The notes beneath the pieces are model-generated. The model searched no databases. It was given only the letters and a program-made list of their open reading frames with translations, and was not told the origin of the DNA. From assembly GCA_964592815.1 (NCBI GenBank), contig CAZQGE010000002.1:1-60484 (forward strand): a DNA stretch of 60,484 nt, given 5' to 3'. A program made the position numbers and the translations under genes. The DNA is from an uncultured Bacteroidaceae bacterium. GTDB taxonomy: Bacteria > Bacillota > Clostridia > Christensenellales > CAG-917. Below are positions 1 to 12,000 of the stretch, piece by piece (the stretch's first letter is position 1; each line of letters begins with the position of its first letter).

Positions 1-1
1 A

Positions 2-3000
2 AAACTTATTGTTCCTCTTGAAGAAAGATTTAGCAAAATTACAGAAAACAACGGTGTAAATTATAGACAAAGCACTAATGGCGATTATGCAAAGATTGCA
101 GAATCCACAATTCCTTATGCAATTAAGGATTACAAACTTTACAAGAAATCTGGTGAACAATATACGCAAATTACAGCAAAAGATTTTGTTGCTGGCACAA
201 CGTATATTTTTGTAGATAACATAGCAAAGGAAGTTCAATACCTCTGCGTAAAAGAAGAAGGATACACAAAGACAAAAGAAGGCAATCTTGTCAACGTCGT
301 AACAAAATACAATCAATTAGGTCAATATATGGTTGGCTTGGGCATTGATATTGGCGCGGCTAATTTGAGTTTGAAGATTGGCGCATTGGGACTTGAAATC
401 GGAAATGCAAAATCTATGTTGCCGAGCTACATCAAAAATCAAAAGAGCCACGACGGCACAACAAACGTTACGGTTGTTCCTTATGATGAAACCACAATTA
501 CGGCAAATATCTCTGTTGAATTAGATATTTCTGCAACGGCTGGAAAACTTAACATTGGCAAAATTCTCGGCACAATTTTAGGCGACCTTGACGGTGTAAA
601 ACTTCAAGTTCCGTCAGAAACAATGCTTGATTCCTCTGTCGTCAAACTGCGCTTAGATTTGCAACTGCTTATTGATTTGTCAGATTTGATGAATTCTCAA
701 CTTATTCTTAAATTGGTTGGAGTAAACAAGTACGGCTTCGATAAGTTGATTTTGGGTGTTTATTATTTGCAAGATACCATCTATATTGACGGTAGTTACT
801 TGAATATACCCAAAATTAGAATTTCAGGCTTAAAGATTTCAAAGATTATTGGCGATTTGATTGGTAAGGTCAGCGGCAGCACCGCTTCTACAACCGAAGA
901 CTTGCTTGACAAGCTCACTTCACGCGCAAACGGCGCAATGACAGCCGCAGGTTCAAGCACGTCCAAACCTTTGGGCGCAATGGTAATTCTTGACAAACGT
1001 AGCTTAACTATTAAAGTTGGCGACGCTCTTATCGAATATATCATTAACTTGCTTTTGAAAGGCTCAATTGATTTGAGTGAAGTTCTTGACAAACTCAATG
1101 CTGAACTAATGATTGAAATGAACTTAGTCAAAGAAGAAAAAGGCGTCAAGAATGAACTTCCTACATTAGGAATAACAGCAGGCATCAATTTCAACGATAT
1201 TAGATATGAAAGAATTGCTGACAGCACAACTTTGAAAAATGCAGCGGCGATGGTCAGATATACGGGAACACCAAGTGAAGTCGTATCTGAATATACTTTT
1301 GCAAGATTTGACAGCAGCAGTATTTTCTATCAATATACTGCAAACGACAAGATTACCAACGACACGGATAAATATAAAGCAGTTGAAGTGTTTAAGGGTG
1401 ATGACGGAAAATGGCACGTTGGTTCAGTTTCTGGTACTATAATCGAAAGCCCAATTTTGTGCCAACTCAAACACTCAAACGTTGGTCTTGGACTTGCCAT
1501 CAAATATTTAGACGTTGAATTTGCTCATTCGCTTGCACCTTTGTTTACTGCTGCAGAACTCAGCGATTATGTAGGCTTGAACAACCTAGAAAAAATATCT
1601 CTAAGTGAAAAAATTGACATCACAACAGGCTTTGATAGCAGCAGTGACATCAATTTGAACGAACTTATTCAATATTTCTTCCCTGACGTTGACCCAAGCT
1701 CGTTACAAGTGCTTATTCAAGCATTGTCTGATAATGGCGGTGACGTTAACCGTAAACTTGAACTTGGTTTGCAACTTGACTTAAAGGTCGGCGCACTTAT
1801 CAAGTATATGAAGCAATACGTTAAAGTCAACGACTCAACAGTTGCCAACGAAAAATTGGCTTCTCTCATCAAGACTTTCAACAAATTGCAAGGCGACGAC
1901 GGAACTGGATATAAGGAAACTGTTTCTATTCTTGACGTAATCGTGCTTATTATGGGTGCGGTTGAAGGCAAGATGAACATATTGACATTGACAGATTTCT
2001 TGAGTTTGTCTATTGAGCTTAACACAATCATCGATAAAGACGGTGACGGTTTGTTCTATCCAGAAGGTGGCGTTGACGACAAGCACCTTATGGTTGGCGC
2101 ATATCTTATTGAAGGCGAATATAAACTTTTGAGTGACAAACCTGAAACTCTCAACAAAGATAGTTTTGACTATATTGCAACTACACAACGTTTTAGCCAC
2201 TATTACAAAGATATGAACGGCGGTTATAGATATGATGCAGACACCAAAGATTATGTTATGGCTGAAAAGTCATTCAAGGGTGTCAGATATTCCTATGACG
2301 CTGCAAACTATTACAGAAATCCATTTGGTGAAGCGTATCGCGTAAACGGCGGATTGTACGTCAATTTGTCTTATTTCAATATGCCTGGCATATATGTTTC
2401 AGATGAAAACGTCAACAACCTTTTGGCGTCCGCTTTGAAACTTAACAACAAAGGCAATTCTGCTATGGAAGCTGGTGATTCTTCTAATGCTTCAACAACG
2501 GCAGATATAACTTTACCATTGCTTTCAGAACAACTCAGCAGCTATTTGAAAGTCTTGCTTTATGGCATCAACTTCACTTCAAATTATCTGAGAGTTTTGG
2601 TTGCATCTGACTTTATCAACCAACTTCTTGGTATGTTGATTAAGGATAACAAGTTGCAGTTCAACAACTTTGATTTTGTAAATCAACCATATTTGAGCGT
2701 CAATTACGACCGTCAAGAATATGTTATGATTGCAAGTGCCGAAGGTCAAACAGGCGCGGTTTTGCAAGACAAAATTTATAATATTGCAGTTGAATCTACA
2801 AAAGAATTGGGTGATTACGTCATCAATGCAAACGGCGAGTTCGTTTACAAGGTAAGCCTTACTCCTGACGAATTGAATACTTATGGAGGCAAATTCTATA
2901 AGACTTACAAATCGTACATCAAAGTTGGTGGCGAATACATTGCTTACGCAAAAGCTGGTTCATACGAAAAGGCAACTTGTGATAAGGTTGCAGGACAAAA

Positions 3001-6000
3001 CGTTCCACAATTCTTCTATCACGATGGTACAAATTACGTTGCCTATGGTTCTGCATACAGCATTGTCCACAAACTTTATAGAACAGAGCCTTTGATTGGT
3101 TTGCAGATTTACGTCTTCAACTATGAACTTGGCATCAACATTGGTATGCCAAAATTGGTTGCAACGTCTTATGATTACAAACCTATTTCTGGTCAACTTT
3201 TGACAAATAACAGCGATTACCCAATGGGAATCTACACCGCTAAGAATGGATATTTGAACGGCGACGTTTTCAAAACTACTTATAGACGTGTTGAAATGCC
3301 TCGTGAAATCTATTCAAGTGAAAAACCTGTTGAGTTCAAAGAAGGTAATGCAGCATATAAGAAGTATTACGTCAATGCTGACAGCAGCGGAGAATATTAC
3401 ATTGATGGCAAATACCTTATTAAATTTGCCGAGGGTGAAAAGAAAGATTATCACGGAACAACATATAGTTTAACTCAAACGGCTAATGCGGGAACAGTAT
3501 ATTACGACGTATATTACACAAGAGCTAGCGGCACAACCAACGACAAAGAAATCCTTGACAAGAGAAATGAAATTTTGGCTGACAATGCAAATGGAAAATA
3601 TGTCAACTCTGATAATATCTTCTACGTTTCAGCTATTGTTCGCGGTTCATTCAGTATGGACACAAACTTTGACTTTGATAAATATTACCGCGCTTATAAC
3701 TCTGCTACCGACCAAGGAAAGCAACGCTATACATATACGCACGGTTCTTACGTTGAATCTGCGACTGGAAACTTTGTTAAAGCTGAAAACTATGAAGGCG
3801 TAAATGAATCGTTGAGCGAAGTTTTGGGCGGATTGTTGGGTAACTTGACAGGTAAATTTGTTTCACCTGCCAACTTTACCGCAGACATCAGCTTTGAAAT
3901 TAAACTTAACTTGGCATTTGAATTGAACTTTGTTCCATCATTGAATCTTAGAATCCGTGACATTGACTTAGCTATTGATATGTGGCGTCGTGAAAATGAC
4001 GCAAAAGACGGCTCTGACGGTTCTGTAACTCATATGATTGGTATATACTACGACCACGACACAGAAACTGGAAAAGCTGGGGCATATATTGATTTGAGCT
4101 ATTTGTTAGGACCAGACGCTAAGATTTATATTGATATGAGCGATATGCCTGTTGAAACTCTGTTGTCAGAATTATTAAATGGCGTATTCAACAAAAAACC
4201 AGCTACTGGCGCGGCAACTGCGGCTGACCCCGAAAGTGTTATTCCAATTGCTAACCCCAATATGGTAAGCGCATTCCTTAATATCTACTCAAATGCTATT
4301 GCCATAAATATCGCCGCAAGTTTTGTCAAGATGCTTGTTGGTATGTTGTTGCCTGAACAAAGCAACATTATCAACGCATTGCCAAACTTCAAGGTTTATG
4401 TAAAAGCAAATATGAACCCCTATGATTTGATTTTGGGCTTAGTTTTGTTTAACGAACAAGGCACAAAAGCAGTTTTGAAGGGCGAATTGAAGTTGGAAGG
4501 TTTCAACGGAGTTCCTTACGTTTCTTCTGAATTAGACTTTGGTACTGAAGAAAAATATGCAGGAAAGGTTGATTACAACGACCCCAACTATATCTTCTAT
4601 TACGCAAACTTTAAGCGTGACGACGTAAACGGCACATATTTTAAGTACGACAAAGGTACTTACGGTGATATTTCAGTTGCCATTCCTGGAAAAGGATACA
4701 CGGAAAAAGTTGACCAAGCGTTCAACACAGAAAGAAGATACAAGAAGGGCGACTATAAGTATGAAGCTGTTGTTGAACCAACGCTTTATAGTGGCAAGAT
4801 TTATCGTGAAACAACTCCTGGAAGCCAAGAAATGGTTCCTCTCAGCAACGATTTTGTATATCAAACATTGCTTGAAAAAGGAATTATAAATTCATATAAG
4901 AAAGGACTTTACATCAAAAATAACGATGGTTCTTACTCTTATAAATCAAAGATGCAACTTGTCGGTTTCATTGGCTATCGCGGAAGCGTCTATTCATTGA
5001 AAGATGGTAAGGTCGCAAACAGTCAAGCTGCTTCTGATTACGTGAATTTGGGCGAGTATATTCCTATGCTCACCTCAGGCACAATCTTTAATTACTTCCG
5101 TGCAAATGAAAACACGCTTAATGTAAACTACAACCAAAAAGGTTCTATCCACATTGTTGACGAAAACGGCAAATTCGTTCAAGTTTCAATGCAAGAATTG
5201 TTGAATTACGGCAAATATAAGAAGGTTGCAGACGGTGTGAACTTCAAGTATGTTCCAGTAAATGGAAATACGGAAGCAAGTGTTGACGGCAAAGTATATA
5301 AGAGAGTTGAAAACTTTACAGAATTTAGTAAGTTTATGGATTTGAATTTGGACGAAATTATGAATACTCCAAACTTCAACATCAACACTCTGTTGTCAAG
5401 TCTTGCGGAAAACGTTGAAAACATCGGCGTTGGCGCGAATTTGAATTTGCTGATGACATTGGACGACATCATCAACTGGTCTTATCAACTTACAAAGTTT
5501 GTAGAAACAAACGAAATTGGAAACAAGATTTATTTCTTGGCAACTTCTTTGCAAGAACAAAGTAAGACAAACTTCAAGAGTAAAATTGGCATTGACTTGT
5601 CACTTAAAGCATACCTCAACGTTGGAAACTTTGTTTATAACCTCGGTGGCAACATCGGTAAGATGCTTGCTGGAACAAAACTTTATATAAAGATGGTTTA
5701 TAACACGAACTTCCATGGTGAAGAAAATGCTGTAACACAAATTTATGCAGAGATTTCGGAAACAGGAAAACTTGCTGTATATCTTGACTTGTCTGATATA
5801 AGCAGAATTGTTGGCTTGGGTGACTTCTTTGGCAAAATGAAAGTTGAATTAGATTTGGCTAACATTTTGGCTGGTGGAGATTTCGCTTTGAGTTCAGGTG
5901 ATAATGCTGTAACAGCTGCTGCAAGTTCAACGGGTCTTTTGCCACAAAATATTTGGAACATCATAGAAATGGCATTTGGAAGCCTCGTGTTTGCAAATGA

Positions 6001-9000
6001 TACTCTGTCTATCGGTTTGCGCAGCGACTTGTTTGCCAAGATTTTGACACAATTTGTTCCTGACGGAAGTATGGATAGCATTGCAAAATACTTACCAAAA
6101 CTTCGCGAGACGTTTGACCACTCAACGTCTGGATTGAGCATCAACTTTGCTGGTGATTCTCCGTCTATTGAGTTCAACTTGGGCTTTATTACAGGTATTG
6201 ACCAATTTAATGAAATTACAAGTTTCAACAAAACTGACGGTACTATTGACTATGCTGACACTATCGCAAAATACAACAAAGTCGGCGAAAAATTTGTTTT
6301 GTCACCAGATGGAACTTATTACAAATACGCAGATGAAAGCTGGTCGATGCTTGAATACGCTCAACCAAAATTCCAAGGTTTGAGATACAAATTGACCACA
6401 CAAACGGTTGACGGAAAACTTCAAGAAGTTTATACAGTCGTTGGAGAAGGCAGTTCTTTAGATAAAAACGACGGTATGCTCTATAAGGATATTGAAAACG
6501 GTTGGATTTCAAAAGATGTCAATGGTGAGTATTATACCTTTAATACTGCCACACACAGAAACAACTACTTTGCATCATATTCAATTCAAGAAGACGTAAA
6601 TGGAACTTTGTTTGCAGCAGTAAACAAAGAGGGTGAAATTCTTTACTACACGTCTGAAAAGCCCGCTTTGACAAACGGCAAACGCTATAAGATTGCAGAG
6701 CAAAGAAACAAAGATTATTCATTAAACTATTATTTGGATAATCAAGTTTACAGAGCCTTTACACAAACGACAGTTGCCGAAAAGCAAGCGTTTATCGAAA
6801 ATAACTGCTTCAAGTATTTCGACGGATATAAAGTGGACGTAAACGGTTGGTATTATCTTGACGGTGCAACTTATAAGAGATTTGTTAGTGCTGAACAAAA
6901 GGCAGAGTACATTGGTACTAAATTTACAAACACAAGGGTTGGTAGATACATTAAACTCGGCGACTTTAATATGATGCTTAAGATTGGCGATTTGGCATTG
7001 AGCGTCAACCAAAACATTGACAACCTCAAAGAAGAAACAATCTTCCAAAATGCCTCAGAAGCGGATTATACAAACGTTGTAAAATCAAAACTTGAATTGT
7101 CAATTTCTATTGACCTCTCTGTTTATGGCGCAGAAAAGCCTGACAACTATGCTGACCTTTCGGGTATTCTTGATATGATTTTGGCATTTGCTGCACCAAG
7201 TTTGGGACTTAGCGGTTCAAGCCTCAAAATCTTGATTGACGGTTTGTTAGGACACGAAAGCGGTCCAACTTATAGACTTGACCTTAAAGCATTCTTAGAT
7301 TTGGAAGACTTCAGCAAAACAGAAGTTTTGCTTGAACTCAACAAGTACAGAATGTATAGCGGAGTAACTCCTATACCTGTTAGCAATATAATAAGGGCTT
7401 ATTTGGCAAACGATAGCATCTATGCTGACTTAACAGGTCTTTTAGGAGCAGATTCTAACGCTAAACTCAAAATAAGCGGTTTGGGCTTGTCATCTATTTT
7501 GTATAAAGCACTTGGCAAAGTCTTAGGCAGAGAAGCAACAGTTGGAGAGAACAACGCTCAAACAGCAGGACACGCTAACTTGCCGACTATTGACGGCAAC
7601 AAGGACGAAGCTCAAAAGAACTTTAACTCTTTGGACGTTGCATATATGATTATTGCCGTAAATCCACAAAAGATTTGCTTGCAATTCAATTTGGAAATCA
7701 TAAATGCAATTTACAGTAAGATTTGCGCATTAAGAGGTGAAGAACCTAAGTTTAAGTTGCCAGACCTTGGAGAAATTTTCATTTACGCTGACTCAACTGT
7801 TCCTAATATCACTGGTTCAGGACTCGACAGCACCGATAAGAAATACAGAGGCGGATTTATGGTTAAGTTCAGCGACGGTTTCTATTTCTCTGCTGATATA
7901 AATACCTTAGCTATAAACAAGGGTGTCGATGCCACTGGTGTCCATAATGCGTATATTTCTCAAACAGAACTGAACAACTACACAGAAGCATTCAACATCA
8001 AGACTGGAGAACTTAAGTTACAAAATATCGGTTTGTCTTTGGGCTTGTCATTTACAATGACGTCAAAAGGTCTGTATCCTGGTGATGGAGAATTTATCAA
8101 GGTTTCAGAAGAAGAAGCAGTTTCTTTGGCTGCGGCTGAAAGATATTCTATGTCAACTGTTACAGTACCTAGCGACCCCAACATGCTTGCTGATGGAATT
8201 TATGCTGTACAATCTGGTAATAAATTTGTCAAAACTGATAAGAGTAAACTTATTGCTGGCACAACTGCGTACAAGTTTACGCAAGATGCAGCAGGACTTT
8301 ACAAGTTCTTTGACTACCACGCAAACAGTATGGCTGGTTGGATGAATAAGACTTTGGGTTCATTGTTGTCAGGCGTAGGACCTTTTGGTCAATTTGAAAC
8401 TTACGCAGGTACTTTCAAAACTAACGATGATGGTACAAAAGATTATTCAGTTTACAGCGGCAAACTTTATTACAAGAAAGACGTAACAAAGAATGACTAT
8501 ACACTTGTTGAAAACAATGCTAGCGTTAACGCAACTTTGCAGCTTTATACGTTTAAGGCTGCGGAAATCAATATGATTTTTGCAAACAAAGCTATACGTG
8601 TTGACGTTCAAGTGGATGCAACAATCAATTTGGGCGCAATTTTGAAATATGGTATTGCGGGTATTCTTTCAAGCGACATTTCATTGAAGGTTACTCACGG
8701 CGAAGCAAAAACGACTCTGCTCAATATCTATTATCTTGGTTCGTCCAGCTTGACAAAGACAGGCAATATTTACACCTTGCAAAACAATTCAAACGGTTTG
8801 TTCTCTGATGCTATTTACATCGACGCAACAGGCTTGGGCATTGGGAAAATTAAATTCCAAGGACTTACTGGATTGTTGGGTGCAAATCAACCTATGAATA
8901 CTGCATCTGATAGAGCACAATCAACAGCTGATATTAAGTCAACTTCTGAAAATGGTACAACGTCTGCTGATAACGGAGCATTGAACCCAATGTTTATCGA

Positions 9001-12000
9001 AATCACAATGCAAAACGGCAGAATTGGTCTTACAATCAAACGTTCAGTAATTGATACAATATTTGCTATAGCAAACTTGAAATTGCCTTTCGAATTGCCA
9101 GATATTCAATTTGTAACCCTTAATATGAACTATGATTCTAAGGGTGGAACCGGCTTTAAGTCTTTAGAAATCAAGGCAGAACTTGACAAAGTCGGAACAG
9201 GCGCAGATATTGCAATTTCGCCTATCTCCCTTGACCTCAAAAACGGAAAGGCAAACAAGACTGCAATCTACAATGAGATTAAGTCAGGTTATGCTGGTGT
9301 AACTTTCTCTAAGACTGCGGGAGCTATGTATCTTATCCAAAACATTTTGGATAACTTGGCTCCAAACATTGCTATTCACATTGATAAACGTTCTACAACA
9401 ACTTTCTTCCGTGGTACGTTCGGCGGCAGCCAAATGTCAGCAGTTGAAGGTAGAGCAACAAATGAAGGCTCAGCAACACTCGTGGTTCAAAGAAGAAGAT
9501 ATTCAACCGTTGATAAGAAATTTGATGATAATAATACAAATTATCCGTATCGTTTGATTGCAGATTTGTCAGCAAATTTTGATGGTGTAGCTTTGGGTGT
9601 TAAAGTTGTCATCAGCGCAAATGATATATTGCTTACAGGTATTCAACTTGAATCAGGATTGCAAGCTATTTTGAACGCTGTTAACGTTATTCCAATTAGA
9701 GGTGATAACGGCGCTCCTATATTAGACCTTATAAAAGGAACTGGCGACAACGACAGATGGGGTTATCCGTCTAATGAAACAGCTCAAAGTACGGGCGATG
9801 GCGGTAATGCGCTTTCTGCTGGCGAAGGTTCGTTTACTTATAATGACCAAACAGGTAAATATAACTATTCACCGGATTTGACAGGCTTAATTAAAAAGCT
9901 CGACTTGAATTTATTTACTCCTTACGGATACTTGCCTTACTACAACGGTATGGGCGATATTGACGTAAATAGCGCGGACAGTACAAAATATATGTCTATT
10001 AAGGTAACTTTTGACAAAGACTCTTTTAACGAATTGTTGATTATGCTCTATGTCATTATCTTAGGACTTATGCAAGAAGCCACAGATGCTAACACGGTTG
10101 GTGTTCAATACTTTGTTGACATAAGAAAAATTATGAACCAAACTGACGGCAATACTTGGCGTGATGCTGTAAACGCAAAGCTAGATGTTGGCAACGGAGA
10201 TATGACTGTTAGCACAAAGAACCAATATAATCAAATTATGAAAGCGTTTGCAACAAAGAAAACAACTGCTGAACGAGTTGAGTTTATGAAGATAATTATT
10301 CCTTCAATTCCATTCTCACTCATTCAATGGTTGATGTATGACGTTGTTAAATTGTCAAAATCAGTTATGGTTTTGGCAGGTATAGCAGGAAACACGCTTG
10401 GCAACTTAGGTAGATTGCCTGCAAGTATTTTGCCTATACCTTTTGCAACGCAAGACGCTTATGCAAATATTTATATTGACCTTGACCCAACAAATGCAAC
10501 GTACGGACTTAGCGCAGACAAGAAGATGCAACCTGGCATTCAAGCTATTGAATTGATGATAAACTGCTCTAAACCTACGGCAGGTGGCACATTAGTCAAG
10601 CCTGCGGCGGCTAGCACGCAACAAGAAAACAGCTTGAAGAATGAATACTTCTTCTTGCGTATCAATCCGTATGCTAACGAAAATGCTAATGCAGGCAAGT
10701 TGCTTGACTTTGCAGAGTCTCAAACGGCTGAGAAGGTATCTGGACAAGTTGACCCACCAACAGAAATCATAATCAATGACCCAGCAAAGAGAGAAGGTTA
10801 TGCTAAGTATGGTGAAAGACAAGTCCCAGTATTGTTGAACAACGAGTATTTCTCGAACTCAACTTTGTATCCGCAAAAAGCAAAAGTAACGTTTACAAAC
10901 GGTTCAAACAGTCTTGGCGACCCGAATAACCAGAACGAAAACACCAAAGGTACGCAAATTATTTGGGATTCTTCTTCTGTTGATTTGACGTCAAGAGATG
11001 ATAATGGAATTGCGGGATACGTCTATGGTTATGCGTTGAATACTGTTCTTTACGCTATCCCTGTAAGAGTTACAGATAAGTTTATGCTTAACAACGTTTA
11101 CTCCTACACAAATAACGGCACAGGTTGGCAACAATCAACAATTAGAGTTGATATGCATAACCCTGAAAGTACGTCTTTGCCTGAACTTGCCAGAATTAAG
11201 TTCAACGGCGGCGGAACTTGGACTTTTGCAAACGCATATAAGAACAAGTCTGATAAAGCTATGAATGCAATTCTTGACTATGGCAACCGTAGCTTGGAAA
11301 GCAATCATATTGTTGAGACTGTTTACAAACTTGTTGACGGAAAATATTACGCACTTACTTTAAGTGAAATGAGCTTGTATCGAGGCGAATACTATTTGCT
11401 TGAAGATGCATATTTCAAAGGCGACGAGACAAACGGAACTTATTACGTTAAGAATGACGGTGACAGAAAACTCTACACCGAAGACAGCACAGTAGGCGGA
11501 AGCAAATATTACCTCAAACGTGGCAAGATGGTAAAACAAGAAGGTAATTTTGACGGCAGAGCTAAAGTAATTTATAACAACTTGCTTGACCAAAAAGGTA
11601 AGGCTATTACAAATTACGCTAATGCCGATAAAGGAAGATACGTGATTGTTCCTGCTTATCAAACCGCATTGCAATATACAACTATAAGTGATGTTGAACT
11701 TGTCAATTTCAAAGACTACGTATATAAGAAAGTTGGCGAAACATACGTTCGTATGACTGGTGCAGAAATTAAGACTTATACTGGTCAAAAGTATAAAGTT
11801 TTGACAGAAAAAGTTGGTGACAAAGAATATTGTGTACTTGATTTCAGCAAGTTGCCAAAAGGAAACGCATTCCCTGTTGGAACAATTAGTTGGGACAATA
11901 AGAACTTTGTTTATGGTTGGACAACTGAAAGTGTTAGCATCGGTTTGACGTATCAATGGGGTCTTTCGGAAACTGTAAAAACAGAAGTGTACCTCCCTGT

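Noticed and set aside
11360-11956. 198-aa antisense ORF inside the giant gene. Similar cases: 5743-6231 (162 aa), 796-1227 (143 aa), 16469-16897 (142 aa), 1835-2200 and 6722-7048.
   Set aside because: All lie fully within, and opposite to, a 17.6-kb ORF with coherent repeat structure. They have low-complexity, Cys/Phe/Ile-rich translations and no RBS. They are the expected by-product of an AT-rich sequence depleted of stops.
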